A stretch of 32,000 nt of DNA from assembly GCF_000010065.1 (NCBI RefSeq), contig NC_006576.1, forward strand, positions 750,001-782,000, given 5' to 3'. The position numbers and the translations under genes were made by a program. Source of the DNA: Synechococcus elongatus PCC 6301 (GTDB lineage: Bacteria > Cyanobacteriota > Cyanobacteriia > Synechococcales > Synechococcaceae). The notes below the pieces were generated by a model. That model was not told where the DNA came from and did no database searches. It was given only the letters and a program-made list of their open reading frames with translations. Below, in pieces: positions 18,238 through 28,634 of the stretch; the stretch's first letter is position 1, and every line of letters starts with the position of its first letter.

Positions 18238-20634
18238 CTAGACGGGTTGTTGATCAACTGGAGAAAAGTTAGTTAGCACACCATAAACTGCCCAAATTGC
18301 CATTGGCCGGAGATAGTGGCTAGCGCGAAACGTTGCATTGGCAGTGATCGCTTCCGGCGTACGAAACTGTAAGCCGTTGTCATAAATTTGGCGAATGACC
18401 GTCTCTGTCACTTCAAAACAGCGATCGCGGTGACCTAGCAGCAACCAATAGGCAGCAATGCCAAAGTTAATTCCTGTCCACACTTCCAGCGGGTGCGTAC
18501 CCTTGGGACCTACTGGCGAACCATCTGGCAGCAGGCCATTGGCTAAACCAAATTGACCGCTATGAAACTTCTGGAAGCAAGCCTCATAGACCATATCAGC
18601 TGTGGATTGCGCGGCTTCCAGCGGAGCGACCGGCGGTAACTGCAATAGCCGACTATAAAAGTCACCGCAGAGTTGATCCGCCATCACGACTTGGCTACCG
18701 CTGCCGCTATCGAGTTGGTAATAGCGGCCATTCCAAAGGGTGTCGTGATAGAGCGATCGCGCCTGTGCTAGCCAGGATTGGAAGTCTTGGCGATCGCGGT
18801 CTTCTGCTGACAACTCCAAAACATCAGCGATCGCGAGAGCAGCCTCCAGCGCTGCAATCCAGAGCCCACCGCAGTAGGCACTAATGCCTTGCAAGCGCCA
18901 ATCATCAAAAGTTTGATCCGGCGCACCGCTATTCTCGGGAATGCCATCACCATCCAGATCAAAGTCCTTGAGATAGCGCAGTGCCGCTACGGCAGCTGGC
19001 CAGCAGTCCGACAGGAACCCACGATCGCTCGAACCAGTCAGTTGATAATCACGCCAGACCTGCAGGACAAAATCACAGCCCAAATCCTTCCAAAGGTTGC
19101 AATCTTGATAGCCGGTGTAGTTGGTCTGCAACCATGGCGACTCATTCGGTGCGCCTAAGTCATGGGGCGTCGCATTCGCCAACTTGCGTTTCGCTAGCGG
19201 ACTTTCTTGGCCAATCGTGAACCAGTAGCCAATCACCCGCGTGCGATCGTCAGCTTGGGGAATCGCCCGCGCAAAGGCTCGCATCACCGCTTTTTCTAGC
19301 TCTGGCCAGAGCATCAGCAGCCCAAAAGCGCCGTAGAGCCGCACATCCAAACTCTCGTACCAGGCGTAATCCAGGCATTCCAAAACAGCGAACTGCCCGA
19401 CTGGATCGGCTTCGCTGGCTGCTGTCCACAAACTGCCGCCACTACAGAGGTCATAGAGTTCGTTGAACAGTCCCAGCTTGAAAGTATCGGAGAGGTCATC
19501 GCGATCGAGAATCGGTTGTTGCCAAGCAGCGATCGCCTGTTCCCACTCGTCGTAGTGCTTCAGCCCCGTGGCGGCGATCGCGGCCGCATTACGACCGTCA
19601 CGCCCAAAGAAGTCGGTATAGCGCCGGAAGGCTTTCACACCTGCCGCAAATTCAGTGACCGGCAGGTCCCAAGCGATGCTGAAGGGAATTTCGCGGCTTT
19701 CGCCCGGCTGTAGCGTCAGCCGAACAGCGATCGCACCCGCCAATCGCTCACCCGCTGCTGCCGGCTGAGAATCCTGGCGATCTGGAATTGAGCCATCCAG
19801 CGCAAAGGATTGCCACAACTCCGATCCGTCACCTGTCGGATCCCAGCGATCGCAGCGGAAAATCTCCAGTCCTTCTGCCTCAGCAATGGCGATCGCCCAT
19901 TGCCCATCCCCTTCCTCAGGATCTTGCGATCGCGTTTGATCCAGCAGCAGCCCCTGCCAGCCTTCGCCTGCAATCCGCTGATTGAGATTGCCTACACTCT
20001 GGCCTAACGCGGGAACGTAGTCATAGACAGGGCTACCATCATCCCGGTAGACGACTTCCGGCGCTTTGTTAGTGTTGGTGAACCAGCCACAAAGATTTTC
20101 CCAGCTCAGCAGAATGCTGATCGTCAGGGGGCGATCGCTGGGGTTGTGGAGCTGCCAACGAAAAATTGCGGTCGGATAGCTGGTCGCCTGATAGTCGTGG
20201 GGCAGAATTGGCGAGAACTGGCGGCAGTGAATCTCTGCCTCAAACACCTGCTGATAGCTGAACTGGCTGCGTGGGTAGAGGGCGCTGTATTCTCCGGTCG
20301 ATCGCTCTGCCGTGCTGGCGGGATACCAGTTCCAACTACTGAGGCTGCCATCGCTCGGCGCTTCGGTACTGAGCGCGTAGGCACCCGTGCCACTTTCATA
20401 GACCGCGAACTGACAGGCAGGAATGCTGCCATACCAATGCTCGCCGCCGTCTAAATGCCAGAGCGTGACGTCGCCGCGCGGCGATCGCCCCCAACAACCC
20501 GCACCAAATCCGCCCAGCGGCGCACCATGCCAAGGCCCATCATCCAGATTGCTGGCGTAGCGAACGGTATACGGTTTTTCCCAGCCCAGACCAAGGGGTC
20601 GGCGCCAGGCAGCAGCGGGCAGTTCATAGGTCAT
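18238..20634 (-). CDS. GH116-family (GBA2/bile-acid beta-glucosidase-like) glucosylceramidase-like protein
   Basis: 798 aa with GPWHGAPLGGFGAGCWGRSPRGDVTLWHLDGGEH..., PEVVYRDDGSPVYDYVPALGQSVGN, FVLQVWRDYQLTGSSDRGFLSDCWPAAVAALRYLKDFDLDGDGIPENSGAPDQTFDDW, ECLDYAWYESLDVRLYGAFGLLMLWP: typical GH116 sequence. Confidence 0.9.
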   Translation of the reverse strand: MTYELPAAAWRRPLGLGWEKPYTVRYASNLDDGPWHGAPLGGFGAGCWGRSPRGDVTLWHLDGGEHWYGSIPACQFAVYESGTGAYALSTEAPSDGSLSSWNWYPASTAERSTGEYSALYPRSQFSYQQVFEAEIHCRQFSPILPHDYQATSYPTAIFRWQLHNPSDRPLTISILLSWENLCGWFTNTNKAPEVVYRDDGSPVYDYVPALGQSVGNLNQRIAGEGWQGLLLDQTRSQDPEEGDGQWAIAIAEAEGLEIFRCDRWDPTGDGSELWQSFALDGSIPDRQDSQPAAAGERLAGAIAVRLTLQPGESREIPFSIAWDLPVTEFAAGVKAFRRYTDFFGRDGRNAAAIAATGLKHYDEWEQAIAAWQQPILDRDDLSDTFKLGLFNELYDLCSGGSLWTAASEADPVGQFAVLECLDYAWYESLDVRLYGAFGLLMLWPELEKAVMRAFARAIPQADDRTRVIGYWFTIGQESPLAKRKLANATPHDLGAPNESPWLQTNYTGYQDCNLWKDLGCDFVLQVWRDYQLTGSSDRGFLSDCWPAAVAALRYLKDFDLDGDGIPENSGAPDQTFDDWRLQGISAYCGGLWIAALEAALAIADVLELSAEDRDRQDFQSWLAQARSLYHDTLWNGRYYQLDSGSGSQVVMADQLCGDFYSRLLQLPPVAPLEAAQSTADMVYEACFQKFHSGQFGLANGLLPDGSPVGPKGTHPLEVWTGINFGIAAYWLLLGHRDRCFEVTETVIRQIYDNGLQFRTPEAITANATFRASHYLRPMAIWAVYGVLTNFSPVDQQPV

Positions 20635-20761
20635 GGCCGCTATTGTTGCAGGGCGATCGCGATCGCCTCAAGCCGATCAGCAGCTGAATTGGCAGATGTT
20701 CTCCAGCAGTCTGCTTCAGCCAGTGATCGGTACTTGTACTGGATCGCGATCGCGACTGGCC

Positions 20762-21997
20762 CTAGGCCAAGCCAGCGCTGCGAATCCGCTGCATGGCCGT
20801 CACCACGTTTTCGCGGCTGTTGAACGCCGAAATGCGGAAGTAGCCTTCGCCTGCCGCACCAAAGCCTGAACCGGGCGTGCCGACGACATTACAGACCTGC
20901 AGCAACTTATCGAAGAAGTCCCAGCTCGTCAGCCCCGCCGGTGTTTTCACCCAAACGTAGGGCGCATTGACGCCCCCATGCACGTCCAGCCCTGCTGCTG
21001 TCAGCTCTTCGCGGATGATGCGAGCATTTTCGAGGTAGAAAGCCACCAGCTCCTTAATTTGGGCTTGCCCTTCTGCTGAATAGACTGCTTCAGCACCGCG
21101 CTGAACGATGTAGGAAACGCCATTGAACTTGGTTGATTGGCGGCGATTCCACAGCCCCCACAGTTCGACTTCGCTGCCATCAGCAGCTTTGCCTTTCAAG
21201 CCTTTGGGAACGACAGTGAAAGCGCAACGGGTGCCGGTAAAGCCCGCATTTTTGGAGAAGGATCGGAACTCGATCGCGCAATCCCGTGCGCCGGGAATTT
21301 CAAAAATTGAGTGGGGAATGGCCGGATCGGTAATGAATGCCTCGTAGGCTGCATCGAAGAGAATGATGGCTCCGTTGGCGCGGGCGTAATCGACCCAGGC
21401 TTGCAGATACTCACGGCTGGCAACTGCACCCGTTGGGTTGTTGGGGAAACACAGATAAATCAGGTCAACTTTTTCGCTGGGAATTTCAGCCGTGAAGTTG
21501 TTTTCAGCACTGATCGGCAGATAGACTAAGCCGTCATATTCGCCGCGATCGTTGGCGTCACCCGTGTGCCCTGCCATGACGTTCGTATCGACATAGACCG
21601 GATAGACCGGATCGGTGACGGCGATACGGTTGTTGTTGCCAAAGATGTCGAGAATGTTGCCACAGTCGCACTTGGAGCCATCGGAGATAAAGATTTCCGA
21701 GGCATCAACCTCGCAGCCCCGCGATTGGAAATCATGGGCGGCAATCTTCTCACGCAGCCAAGCATAGCCCTGCTCAGGGCCATAGCCCTTAAAGTTCTCA
21801 CGCTGGCCCATGTCTTCGACAGCCTGAATCATCGCTTGCCGACAGGCAACCGGCAGAGGCTCAGTCACATCGCCAATGCCCAGACGGATGATGGCTGCCT
21901 CGGGGTTACTTTGGGCAAAAGCATTGACGCGCCGTGCAATCTCGGGGAAGAGATAGCCCGCTTTGAGCTTCAGGTAATTGTCGTTAATGGTCGCCAT
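20762..21997 (-). CDS. dapL: LL-diaminopimelate aminotransferase
   Basis: [27 protein letters not shown]...[14 protein letters not shown]...[20 protein letters not shown]...[17 protein letters not shown]...[20 protein letters not shown]. The ATG at 21995-21997 is preferred to the 35-aa upstream extension in the ORF track. Confidence 0.95.
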   Translation of the reverse strand: MATINDNYLKLKAGYLFPEIARRVNAFAQSNPEAAIIRLGIGDVTEPLPVACRQAMIQAVEDMGQRENFKGYGPEQGYAWLREKIAAHDFQSRGCEVDASEIFISDGSKCDCGNILDIFGNNNRIAVTDPVYPVYVDTNVMAGHTGDANDRGEYDGLVYLPISAENNFTAEIPSEKVDLIYLCFPNNPTGAVASREYLQAWVDYARANGAIILFDAAYEAFITDPAIPHSIFEIPGARDCAIEFRSFSKNAGFTGTRCAFTVVPKGLKGKAADGSEVELWGLWNRRQSTKFNGVSYIVQRGAEAVYSAEGQAQIKELVAFYLENARIIREELTAAGLDVHGGVNAPYVWVKTPAGLTSWDFFDKLLQVCNVVGTPGSGFGAAGEGYFRISAFNSRENVVTAMQRIRSAGLA

Positions 21998-22249
21998 GGC
22001 ACTCCAGAGAATTCGCCGAGCAGCAATCTCGTAGTGTATCGGGTTTATCGCGATCGCCTCGCCAGCCGTAAGGCGAGACACTGAGGGCTCTTGTCGGCCC
22101 ATCTCGGTTTGATGCGATCGCCCAAGACAAAAATATTGGTGTGGTTTTCGAGATCGCCCTCAGTTGCAAATCAACCCACCACAGTAGCGTCAGTCCAAGA
22201 TCGAATGCTGTCTGTTCACACCTAAAAGCGTTGACTTGTTCCCCAAGCT

Positions 22250-22470
22250 TTAAGCGACTCCAGTAGGAGAAATAGCCATAGACCATTTGCCACCCTGGAA
22301 AGCCATGGGGTAGAGCTCGCCACTGGATGCCGTCATCCGCGATCGACATCTGGGCACTGACAACTTCTCGGATGTCTACCGCACGGGGAGAGCTGCTGGG
22401 ATGTGCTGGCGGCAAGATAGGGTTGACGAGCCATCGCCTCAGCACAGGCAACATCCCCATCGCAGCCAAT
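22250..22470 (-). pseudogene. degraded IS5-type transposase N-terminal fragment
   Basis: ORF 21984..22469 encodes NPILPPAHPSSSPRAVDIREVVSAQMSIADDGIQWRALPHGFPGWQMVYGYFSYWSRL, matching the IS5-type pattern xPLLPPxxPxGRPRxVDxRExxxAxxYxxRxGCQWRxLPxDFPPWxTVYxYFxxWxR. No downstream catalytic domain; the ORF runs on into sequence overlapping dapL. Confidence 0.65.
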
Positions 22471-22608
22471 CCCCTAGCCCAATCTCATCGTCTCGACCTT
22501 TCCTGTGAAACGGCTTCTTAATTGAGTGAGATTGCAATTTACTCTGGCTAATTCATTGCAGCAAGCCCGTAGTCCGTGCGATCGCGGGCAGGTTGTGGGC
22601 TTAGCTTC

Positions 22609-23667
22609 CTATGGCAGACCAATCAACGTGCCATCACCTGTCACTACTTCACCTAAGGTCCAAGCGGTTTGCCCTTGTGCTTTGAAGAACTTGAGAGCTT
22701 GAGTCTCAGCCGCAGCAGGGACAATCACCACCAAGCCGACGCCCATATTAAAGGTGTTGAACATTTCAGAGTCAGCAATATTTCCCTGCTTCGCCAGCCA
22801 CCGGAACACCGTCGGCCACTTCCAGCTCTCTAAATCGATCGCCACGGTCTGATTGGGGCCTAGGCAACGCGGCAGATTTTCAGGCAAGCCTCCCCCGGTG
22901 ATGTGCGCCATGCCGTGAATGGGGATTTTCTGGGCTTTGGCAGCCAGGATGGGTTTGACGTAGAGGCGGGTTGGAGTCAGAAAAACATCCCCTAGGGACT
23001 GGCCTTCAAAAATGGTTTGAGACGACGTCCAATCTAAGCCACTGTTAGCCACCACTTTGCGCACGAGGCTGTAGCCGTTGCTGTGGACCCCTGAGCTCGC
23101 GAGAGCGATCGCTACATCTCCCAACTGAACTTGGCTACCGTCTAACAGCTCTGATTTCTCAGCAATGCCCACGGCAAACCCCGCCACGTCATACTCGCCA
23201 GCTTCGTAGAAGCCCGGCATCTCGGCGGTTTCGCCCCCGAGCAGTGCACAGCCCGATTCCCGACAACCAGCAGCAATACCTTGCACCACGGCGGTCAGTT
23301 GTTCGCGATCGAGACGTCCCGTCGCCAAATAATCCAAGAAGTAGAGCGGTTCGGCCCCTGCCGTCAGAATGTCATTGACACACATGGCAACCAAGTCGAT
23401 GCCGATGCTGTCGTGGCGACCGACTTGATGGGCAATTTTCAGCTTCGTACCAACACCATCCGTGCCTGAGACCAACACGGGCTGCCGATAGCCGCTAGGC
23501 AGCTCAAAAAAGCCGCCAAAGCCACCCAGTCCCCCCAACACTCCAGGCCGCCGAGTGCTCTCGACTAGGCTGCGAATATCCCCGACAAAAGCCCGCCCAG
23601 CTTCGATATCTACACCAGCTTCGCGGTAGTTCATGTCCGGTTTGGGCTCCAGGGGGAAAACCGTCAT
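22609..23667 (-). CDS. purM: phosphoribosylformylglycinamidine cyclo-ligase
   Basis: [24 protein letters not shown]...[56 protein letters not shown]...[12 protein letters not shown]; classic PurM. Start may be at an internal Met. Confidence 0.97.
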   Translation of the reverse strand: MTVFPLEPKPDMNYREAGVDIEAGRAFVGDIRSLVESTRRPGVLGGLGGFGGFFELPSGYRQPVLVSGTDGVGTKLKIAHQVGRHDSIGIDLVAMCVNDILTAGAEPLYFLDYLATGRLDREQLTAVVQGIAAGCRESGCALLGGETAEMPGFYEAGEYDVAGFAVGIAEKSELLDGSQVQLGDVAIALASSGVHSNGYSLVRKVVANSGLDWTSSQTIFEGQSLGDVFLTPTRLYVKPILAAKAQKIPIHGMAHITGGGLPENLPRCLGPNQTVAIDLESWKWPTVFRWLAKQGNIADSEMFNTFNMGVGLVVIVPAAAETQALKFFKAQGQTAWTLGEVVTGDGTLIGLP

Positions 23668-23820
23668 TGTACCGGCTGAGCCCGGTCAACTTGTCTGGAA
23701 CGGGTGAGCAAGCTCAGCCTTCTTAGGGGCGATCGCCAGCGCTGCATCTAGAACCTGTGAATCTCTCTCCTGTCTTACTCAGGAAGTTTACATTTTGTAA
23801 TCTTTTTTGCTGAGCTGAAA

Positions 23821-23929
23821 TCTTCCACAGTCTCTCCACAGTCGGTGGCGCACTTTCCACAATCCCCCCTCCTGGTTTTCCACAGGGCGATCGCGCTAAT
23901 CCTAGAAGCTTGGCTGTTTCTGGGGAAAA
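23821..23929. promoter_or_regulatory. cluster of DnaA-box-like motifs adjacent to an AT-rich tract
   Basis: TCTTCCACA 23821-23829, CTCTCCACA 23832-23840, CTTTCCACA 23853-23861, exact TTTTCCACA 23876-23884, and an inverted TGGGGAAAA 23921-23929. AT-rich TTTACATTTTGTAATCTTTTTT lies just before the first box. Confidence 0.4.
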
Positions 23930-24187
23930 CTTGGGTCACCGGTTCATCGTGGATCCAAATTGCGGCTGGCTCGCTAGCGGGCTCAACAAAGCGGCAAGAA
24001 CACTGCATTCTTGGCCGTTGCTCTCAAGTGAGTCTCAGCAAAGTCCCCATCTGGATAGGAGATTGACAAGCCCTAGGCCCCCTGCCGCACAATGATGCGA
24101 CCTAAGCCCTGGTGGCCTCGGCGTTGATCCCTAGCGATCGCCTCCGGGTTTTTTTGGGCTGTCCACTCGCTGCCTTGGAGACGCTCT

Positions 24188-24388
24188 ATGCCCGCAACCG
24201 TCAGCATCCTTGCTGAAATTCCCGAGGAGCTGCACGACTCACTCAAGGCCTATCTGGAAGGGCATCCGGATTGGGATCAAGATCGTGTTTTTACTGCAGC
24301 CCTGTCGCTGTTTCTGTTGCAGAACACGGGCAGCGATCGCCGCGCCGCTCGGGTTTATTTGGATTCGTTGTTTCGTCAAGCCGTGTAA
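24188..24388 (+). CDS. DUF2811-like small cyanobacterial protein (66 aa)
   Basis: MPATVSILAEIPEELHDSLKAYLEGHPDWDQDRVFTAALSLFLLQNTGSDRRAARVYLDSLFRQAV has a well-formed, conserved-looking sequence, and GGAG lies upstream of the ATG. Confidence 0.75.
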   Translation: MPATVSILAEIPEELHDSLKAYLEGHPDWDQDRVFTAALSLFLLQNTGSDRRAARVYLDSLFRQAV

Positions 24389-24457
24389 CTGAAGGGCCGA
24401 TCGCGGCTCAATCAACGGCTAGATTAGGAAACGTTGCGCTCTCTTGAGGCCGATCGC

Positions 24458-25045
24458 GTGGCCTACTACTGGTTCAAGGCATTTCACATCGTTGGTGTTG
24501 TGGTCTGGTTCGCCGGGTTGTTTTATCTGGTGCGCCTGTTCATCTACCACGTCGAAGCAAACGACAAGCCAGAACCGGCACGGACCATTCTGCAAGAGCA
24601 GTATGGCCTTATGGAGAAACGCCTGCTCAACATCATCACCACCCCCGGCATGCTGGTAACGGTCAGTATGGCGATCGCCCTACTCGTCACCCAGCCGGAC
24701 TACCTGCATCAGGGCTGGATGCACGCCAAATTAGCCTTTGTAGCCGTATTGCTGGGCTATCACCACTACTGCGCTCGTCTGCTCAAGAAACTCCAAGCTG
24801 GCACCTGCCAATGGACCGGTCAGCAGCTACGTGCCCTCAATGAAGCGCCAACATTGTTGCTGGTGCTGATTGTCATGTTGGTGATTTTCAAAAACCAATT
24901 CCCCACCAGCGCTTCCGTTTGGCTGATCGTGGGTTTAGTGGTCACGATGCTGGCGACGATTCAACTCTACGCCCGCAAGCGTCGTCTCGATCGCGAACGG
25001 CAAGAAGCAGCCGCTTCTCTGGAAGCAGCGCCCACCCAGTCCTAA
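24458..25045 (+). CDS. hemJ: HemJ-type protoporphyrinogen IX oxidase
   Basis: (M)AYYWFKAFHIVGVVVWFAGLFYLVRLFIYHVEANDKPEPARTILQEQYGLMEKRLLNIITTPGMLVTVSMAIALL...GWMHAKLAFV. Likely GTG start at 24458; ORF track begins at TTG 24434. Confidence 0.93.
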   Translation: MAYYWFKAFHIVGVVVWFAGLFYLVRLFIYHVEANDKPEPARTILQEQYGLMEKRLLNIITTPGMLVTVSMAIALLVTQPDYLHQGWMHAKLAFVAVLLGYHHYCARLLKKLQAGTCQWTGQQLRALNEAPTLLLVLIVMLVIFKNQFPTSASVWLIVGLVVTMLATIQLYARKRRLDRERQEAAASLEAAPTQS

Positions 25046-25060
25046 GCTGGGCCATACCTA

Positions 25061-25130
25061 AAAAAGAGCTCACTGCAACTGACGCTGGCTTCCTTGGCCA
25101 ATCAATCACTTCAGTCGCAGTGAGTTTTTT
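25061..25130. terminator. probable intrinsic terminator downstream of hemJ, bidirectional geometry
   Basis: CTCACTGCAACTGA (25069-25082) pairs with TCAGTCGCAGTGAG (25111-25124) with one internal mismatch. TTTTTT follows (25125-25130) and an A-run precedes it. Confidence 0.65.
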
Positions 25131-25231
25131 GTTGGACAGTCTTGAACCCAAGCCTACAAGCGTCTGAGAACAGCCCAGTCAATCGCTAATCGCGAAACTG
25201 GGGCAGACTTGGCACTTAACCTTGCAAACGA

Positions 25232-25393
25232 CTAAGCGATGACGGTCGACTGCGGACGGGTACGAGCGCGGAGTTTACGGATGCCGTAGGGTTCAGGACG
25301 GCTCTGCTGTAGCTCGCGTTTGAGCTGTTTAAGCAGGGTGCGATGACGTTGTGATGGGAAAAAATCGAACTTGAGATCTGGGTTCCAATCCAT
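25232..25393 (-). CDS. putative 53-aa basic small protein (MDWNPDLKFDFFPSQRHRTLLKQLKRELQQSRPEPYGIRKLRARTRPQSTVIA)
   Basis: Complete ATG-to-TAG ORF read from the complement, under the ORF-track length cutoff, Arg/Lys/Gln-rich, in the hemJ-uvrA intergenic region. Confidence 0.35.
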   Translation of the reverse strand: MDWNPDLKFDFFPSQRHRTLLKQLKRELQQSRPEPYGIRKLRARTRPQSTVIA

Positions 25394-25519
25394 GCAAAAA
25401 GCTGAGAAACAAAGCGCCTGACAACAGGCACCCCAACTTTAGCGCAGGGGCCAAGGCCGCGACCGAGCCAGCCTAGAGGTAAGCGATAGAATCATCTAGA
25501 TTTTTGCTGCTGCTTTCCC

Positions 25520-28500
25520 ATGCCCAAGCGCGCTTCTGTTGAGCCTTCATCTGATCTGGCTCATCGTAATGGCGATCGTCCAGCAGCGGAGACGGATCAA
25601 ATTCGGGTACGGGGAGCCCGCCAGCATAATCTCCAAAACCTCGATCTCGACTTACCCCGTAACCAGCTGATCGTATTCACGGGGGTGAGTGGCTCTGGCA
25701 AGTCGTCCTTGGCCTTCGACACGATTTTTGCCGAGGGACAACGCCGCTACGTTGAGTCCCTATCGGCATACGCCCGTCAGTTCCTCGGTCAAGTCGATAA
25801 GCCCGATGTTGACGCGATCGAGGGTTTGAGTCCTGCTATTTCAATCGACCAAAAGTCGACTTCTCACAATCCCCGCTCGACGGTGGGCACCGTCACCGAA
25901 ATCTACGATTATCTGCGCTTGCTCTTTGGGCGAGCGGGTGCTCCCCACTGCCCTCACTGCGATCGCTCGATCGCCCCGCAAACCATTGATCAAATGGTCG
26001 ATCGCCTGGCAGAACTGCCTGATCGCAGCCGCTTTCAAATTCTGGCGCCGGTGGTACGCGGCAAAAAAGGAACCCATAAAAAGTTGCTTTCCAGTCTGGC
26101 AGCAGAAGGCTTTGTACGGGTGCGGATCAACGGCGAAGTGCGAGAACTGAGCGACAGCATTGAGCTGGATAAAAATCATGCTCACACAATTGAAATTGTG
26201 GTCGATCGCCTCGTTCAAAAGGCCGGCATCCAAGAGCGACTGGTGGATTCCCTGACGACCTGTTTGCGCCGATCTGAAGGAATTGCGGTGATCGATGTCC
26301 TGCCGGGCGATCGCGGTAACGTCATCACCCTGCCGGTTGAGCACCATTCCAGCCGAGCCGCTGATACGGGCGCTGAATACAATCGAGAGCCCCAGGGCTA
26401 TGAACTGGTGTTCTCCGAAAACTTTGCCTGCCCAGAGCATGGCGCGGTCATGGAGGAGCTATCGCCACGCCTCTTTTCCTTTAACTCGCCCTACGGGGCC
26501 TGCTCCCATTGCCATGGCTTGGGCACCCTGCGCACCTTTTCACCAGAGTTGGTGGTTCCTGATCCCAACCTGCCGGTCTACGCGGCGATCGCGCCTTGGT
26601 CCGAGAAAGATCACAGCTACTACTTCAATCTCCTCTGTGGTGTGGCTGAAGTCAGTGGCTTTGAAATCAGCGATCGCTGGCAGGATCTGACGCCTGATCA
26701 GCAGCATGCGATTCTCTTCGGCAGTAGTGAGCCGATCGCCGTCGAAACCGACTCGCGCTTCCGCGATCGCCATCTCTACCACCGCCCCTTCGAAGGTGTC
26801 ATCCCCATCTTGGAGCGGCAGTATCGAGAGACCAGCTCGGAAGTCTACAAACAAAAGCTCGAGAAATATTTAGTCGACCAAACCTGCGAAGTCTGCCACG
26901 GCCTGCGCCTCAAGCCCGAATCGTTGGCGGTACGCATGGGACCCTACCGCATCACCGACCTAACCAGTGTCTCGGTGCGGGAATGTCTGAACAAAATTGA
27001 GGCCCTGATCGGCAGCGACAATCGCGAACCGCTGTTGACTGCCCGCCAAATGCAGATTGGCGATCTGGTACTGCGGGAAATTCAAGCGCGCCTGCGCTTC
27101 CTGCTCGATGTTGGCTTGGACTATCTCACCCTCGATCGCCCAGCGATGACCCTCTCCGGCGGTGAAGCCCAGCGGATTCGCTTGGCGACCCAAATTGGCG
27201 CGGGGCTGACTGGCGTGCTCTACGTTTTGGATGAACCGAGTATTGGTCTCCACCAACGCGATAACGATCGCCTGCTCAACACCTTGATTCGCCTGCGCGA
27301 TCTCGGTAACACCCTAATCGTGGTCGAGCACGATGAAGATACGATTCGCGCTGCTGATCACCTCGTGGATATTGGCCCCGGTGCTGGTGTTCACGGCGGC
27401 CGCATTGTGGCTCAAGGGAACTTGAACCAGTTATTGACGGCTGAAGAGTCTCTCACAGGGGCCTATCTCTCGGGTCGGCGGCGCATTGCTACGCCTGACA
27501 GCCGTCGCGCTGGGAATGGCCGTCGTCTGCTTCTCCAAGGTGCGAACCGCAACAACCTCCAAAATCTGGATGTAGAAATCCCCCTCGGCAAGCTCGTCTG
27601 TATCACCGGTGTCAGCGGGTCGGGTAAGTCGACGCTGATCAACGAACTCTTGCATCCGGCCTTGGAACATAGTTTGGGGCTCAAGGTCCCGTTTCCCAAA
27701 GGCCTGGCAGTGCTGAAAGGGACGAAAGCAATCGACAAAGTGATTGTGATCGATCAGTCACCCATTGGTCGTACACCGCGATCGAATCCTGCCACCTATA
27801 CGGGGGCATTTGACCCCATCCGGCAGGTATTTGCAGCGACCACGGAAGCCAAAGCCCGTGGCTATCAACCTGGGCAATTCTCGTTCAACGTCAAAGGCGG
27901 CCGCTGCGAAGCCTGTGGCGGGCAGGGCGTCAACGTGATTGAGATGAACTTCCTGCCCGATGTCTACGTCCAGTGTGATGTCTGCAAAGGCGCTCGCTAT
28001 AACCGCGAGACGTTACAGGTCAAGTACAAGGGCAAAACGATCGCGGACGTCCTGAACATGACCGTTGAAGAAGCGGCACAGTTCTTCGAGAACATTCCCC
28101 AAGCCAGTAGCCGTCTCCAAACCTTGGTTGATGTCGGCCTCGGCTATGTTCGCCTAGGGCAACCGGCACCCACCCTCTCAGGCGGTGAGGCTCAGCGTGT
28201 CAAGCTAGCGACGGAACTAGCCCGACGAGCAACCGGTAAGACGCTCTATCTCATTGATGAGCCGACGACTGGTCTCTCTTTCTACGATGTCCACAAGCTG
28301 CTAGACGTAATGCAGCGTTTAGTCGATAAAGGCAATTCGATTGTGGTGATTGAACACAACTTAGATGTGATCCGTTGTGCTGACTGGATTATCGACCTCG
28401 GGCCTGAAGGCGGCGATCGCGGCGGCGAAATCGTTGTTTGCGGCGAGCCAGAGATCGTAGCAACCCACAATCAATCTCACACAGGCCGCTATCTGGCCCA

Positions 28501-28531
28501 AGTCCTTGCCCAGCATCCGCCCGGTCAGTAG
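25520..28531 (+). CDS. uvrA: excinuclease ABC subunit A
   Basis: [64 protein letters not shown]...[45 protein letters not shown]...[33 protein letters not shown]; full-length UvrA. Confidence 0.98.
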   Translation: MPKRASVEPSSDLAHRNGDRPAAETDQIRVRGARQHNLQNLDLDLPRNQLIVFTGVSGSGKSSLAFDTIFAEGQRRYVESLSAYARQFLGQVDKPDVDAIEGLSPAISIDQKSTSHNPRSTVGTVTEIYDYLRLLFGRAGAPHCPHCDRSIAPQTIDQMVDRLAELPDRSRFQILAPVVRGKKGTHKKLLSSLAAEGFVRVRINGEVRELSDSIELDKNHAHTIEIVVDRLVQKAGIQERLVDSLTTCLRRSEGIAVIDVLPGDRGNVITLPVEHHSSRAADTGAEYNREPQGYELVFSENFACPEHGAVMEELSPRLFSFNSPYGACSHCHGLGTLRTFSPELVVPDPNLPVYAAIAPWSEKDHSYYFNLLCGVAEVSGFEISDRWQDLTPDQQHAILFGSSEPIAVETDSRFRDRHLYHRPFEGVIPILERQYRETSSEVYKQKLEKYLVDQTCEVCHGLRLKPESLAVRMGPYRITDLTSVSVRECLNKIEALIGSDNREPLLTARQMQIGDLVLREIQARLRFLLDVGLDYLTLDRPAMTLSGGEAQRIRLATQIGAGLTGVLYVLDEPSIGLHQRDNDRLLNTLIRLRDLGNTLIVVEHDEDTIRAADHLVDIGPGAGVHGGRIVAQGNLNQLLTAEESLTGAYLSGRRRIATPDSRRAGNGRRLLLQGANRNNLQNLDVEIPLGKLVCITGVSGSGKSTLINELLHPALEHSLGLKVPFPKGLAVLKGTKAIDKVIVIDQSPIGRTPRSNPATYTGAFDPIRQVFAATTEAKARGYQPGQFSFNVKGGRCEACGGQGVNVIEMNFLPDVYVQCDVCKGARYNRETLQVKYKGKTIADVLNMTVEEAAQFFENIPQASSRLQTLVDVGLGYVRLGQPAPTLSGGEAQRVKLATELARRATGKTLYLIDEPTTGLSFYDVHKLLDVMQRLVDKGNSIVVIEHNLDVIRCADWIIDLGPEGGDRGGEIVVCGEPEIVATHNQSHTGRYLAQVLAQHPPGQ

Positions 28532-28634
28532 TCTTCACGACAGTAGAGCTTCATCTTTTCCTTAGATTGATAGAAACGAGAAGCGACATTCTAAAAGAGA
28601 CCTCTCAGTCACCCCCACAGGAACAATCATTGCG

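Noticed and set aside
21566-22084. 172-aa plus-strand ORF over dapL
   Set aside because: Antisense to dapL and low-complexity-like; typical spurious ORF in high-GC coding DNA.
22471-22609. Search for terminal inverted repeats or a complete IS around the transposase fragment
   Set aside because: No convincing flanking inverted repeats or target duplication seen, so only a decayed fragment is called and not a mobile element.
23690-24187. Short plus- and minus-strand ORFs (23775..24008, 23845..24066, 23910..24095) in the purM upstream region
   Set aside because: They overlap one another, lack family features, and cross the DnaA-box-like cluster; not supported as genes.
25841-26440. 199-aa minus-strand ORF inside uvrA
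   Set aside because: Fully antisense to strongly supported UvrA coding sequence; explained as a shadow ORF. No motif recognised.
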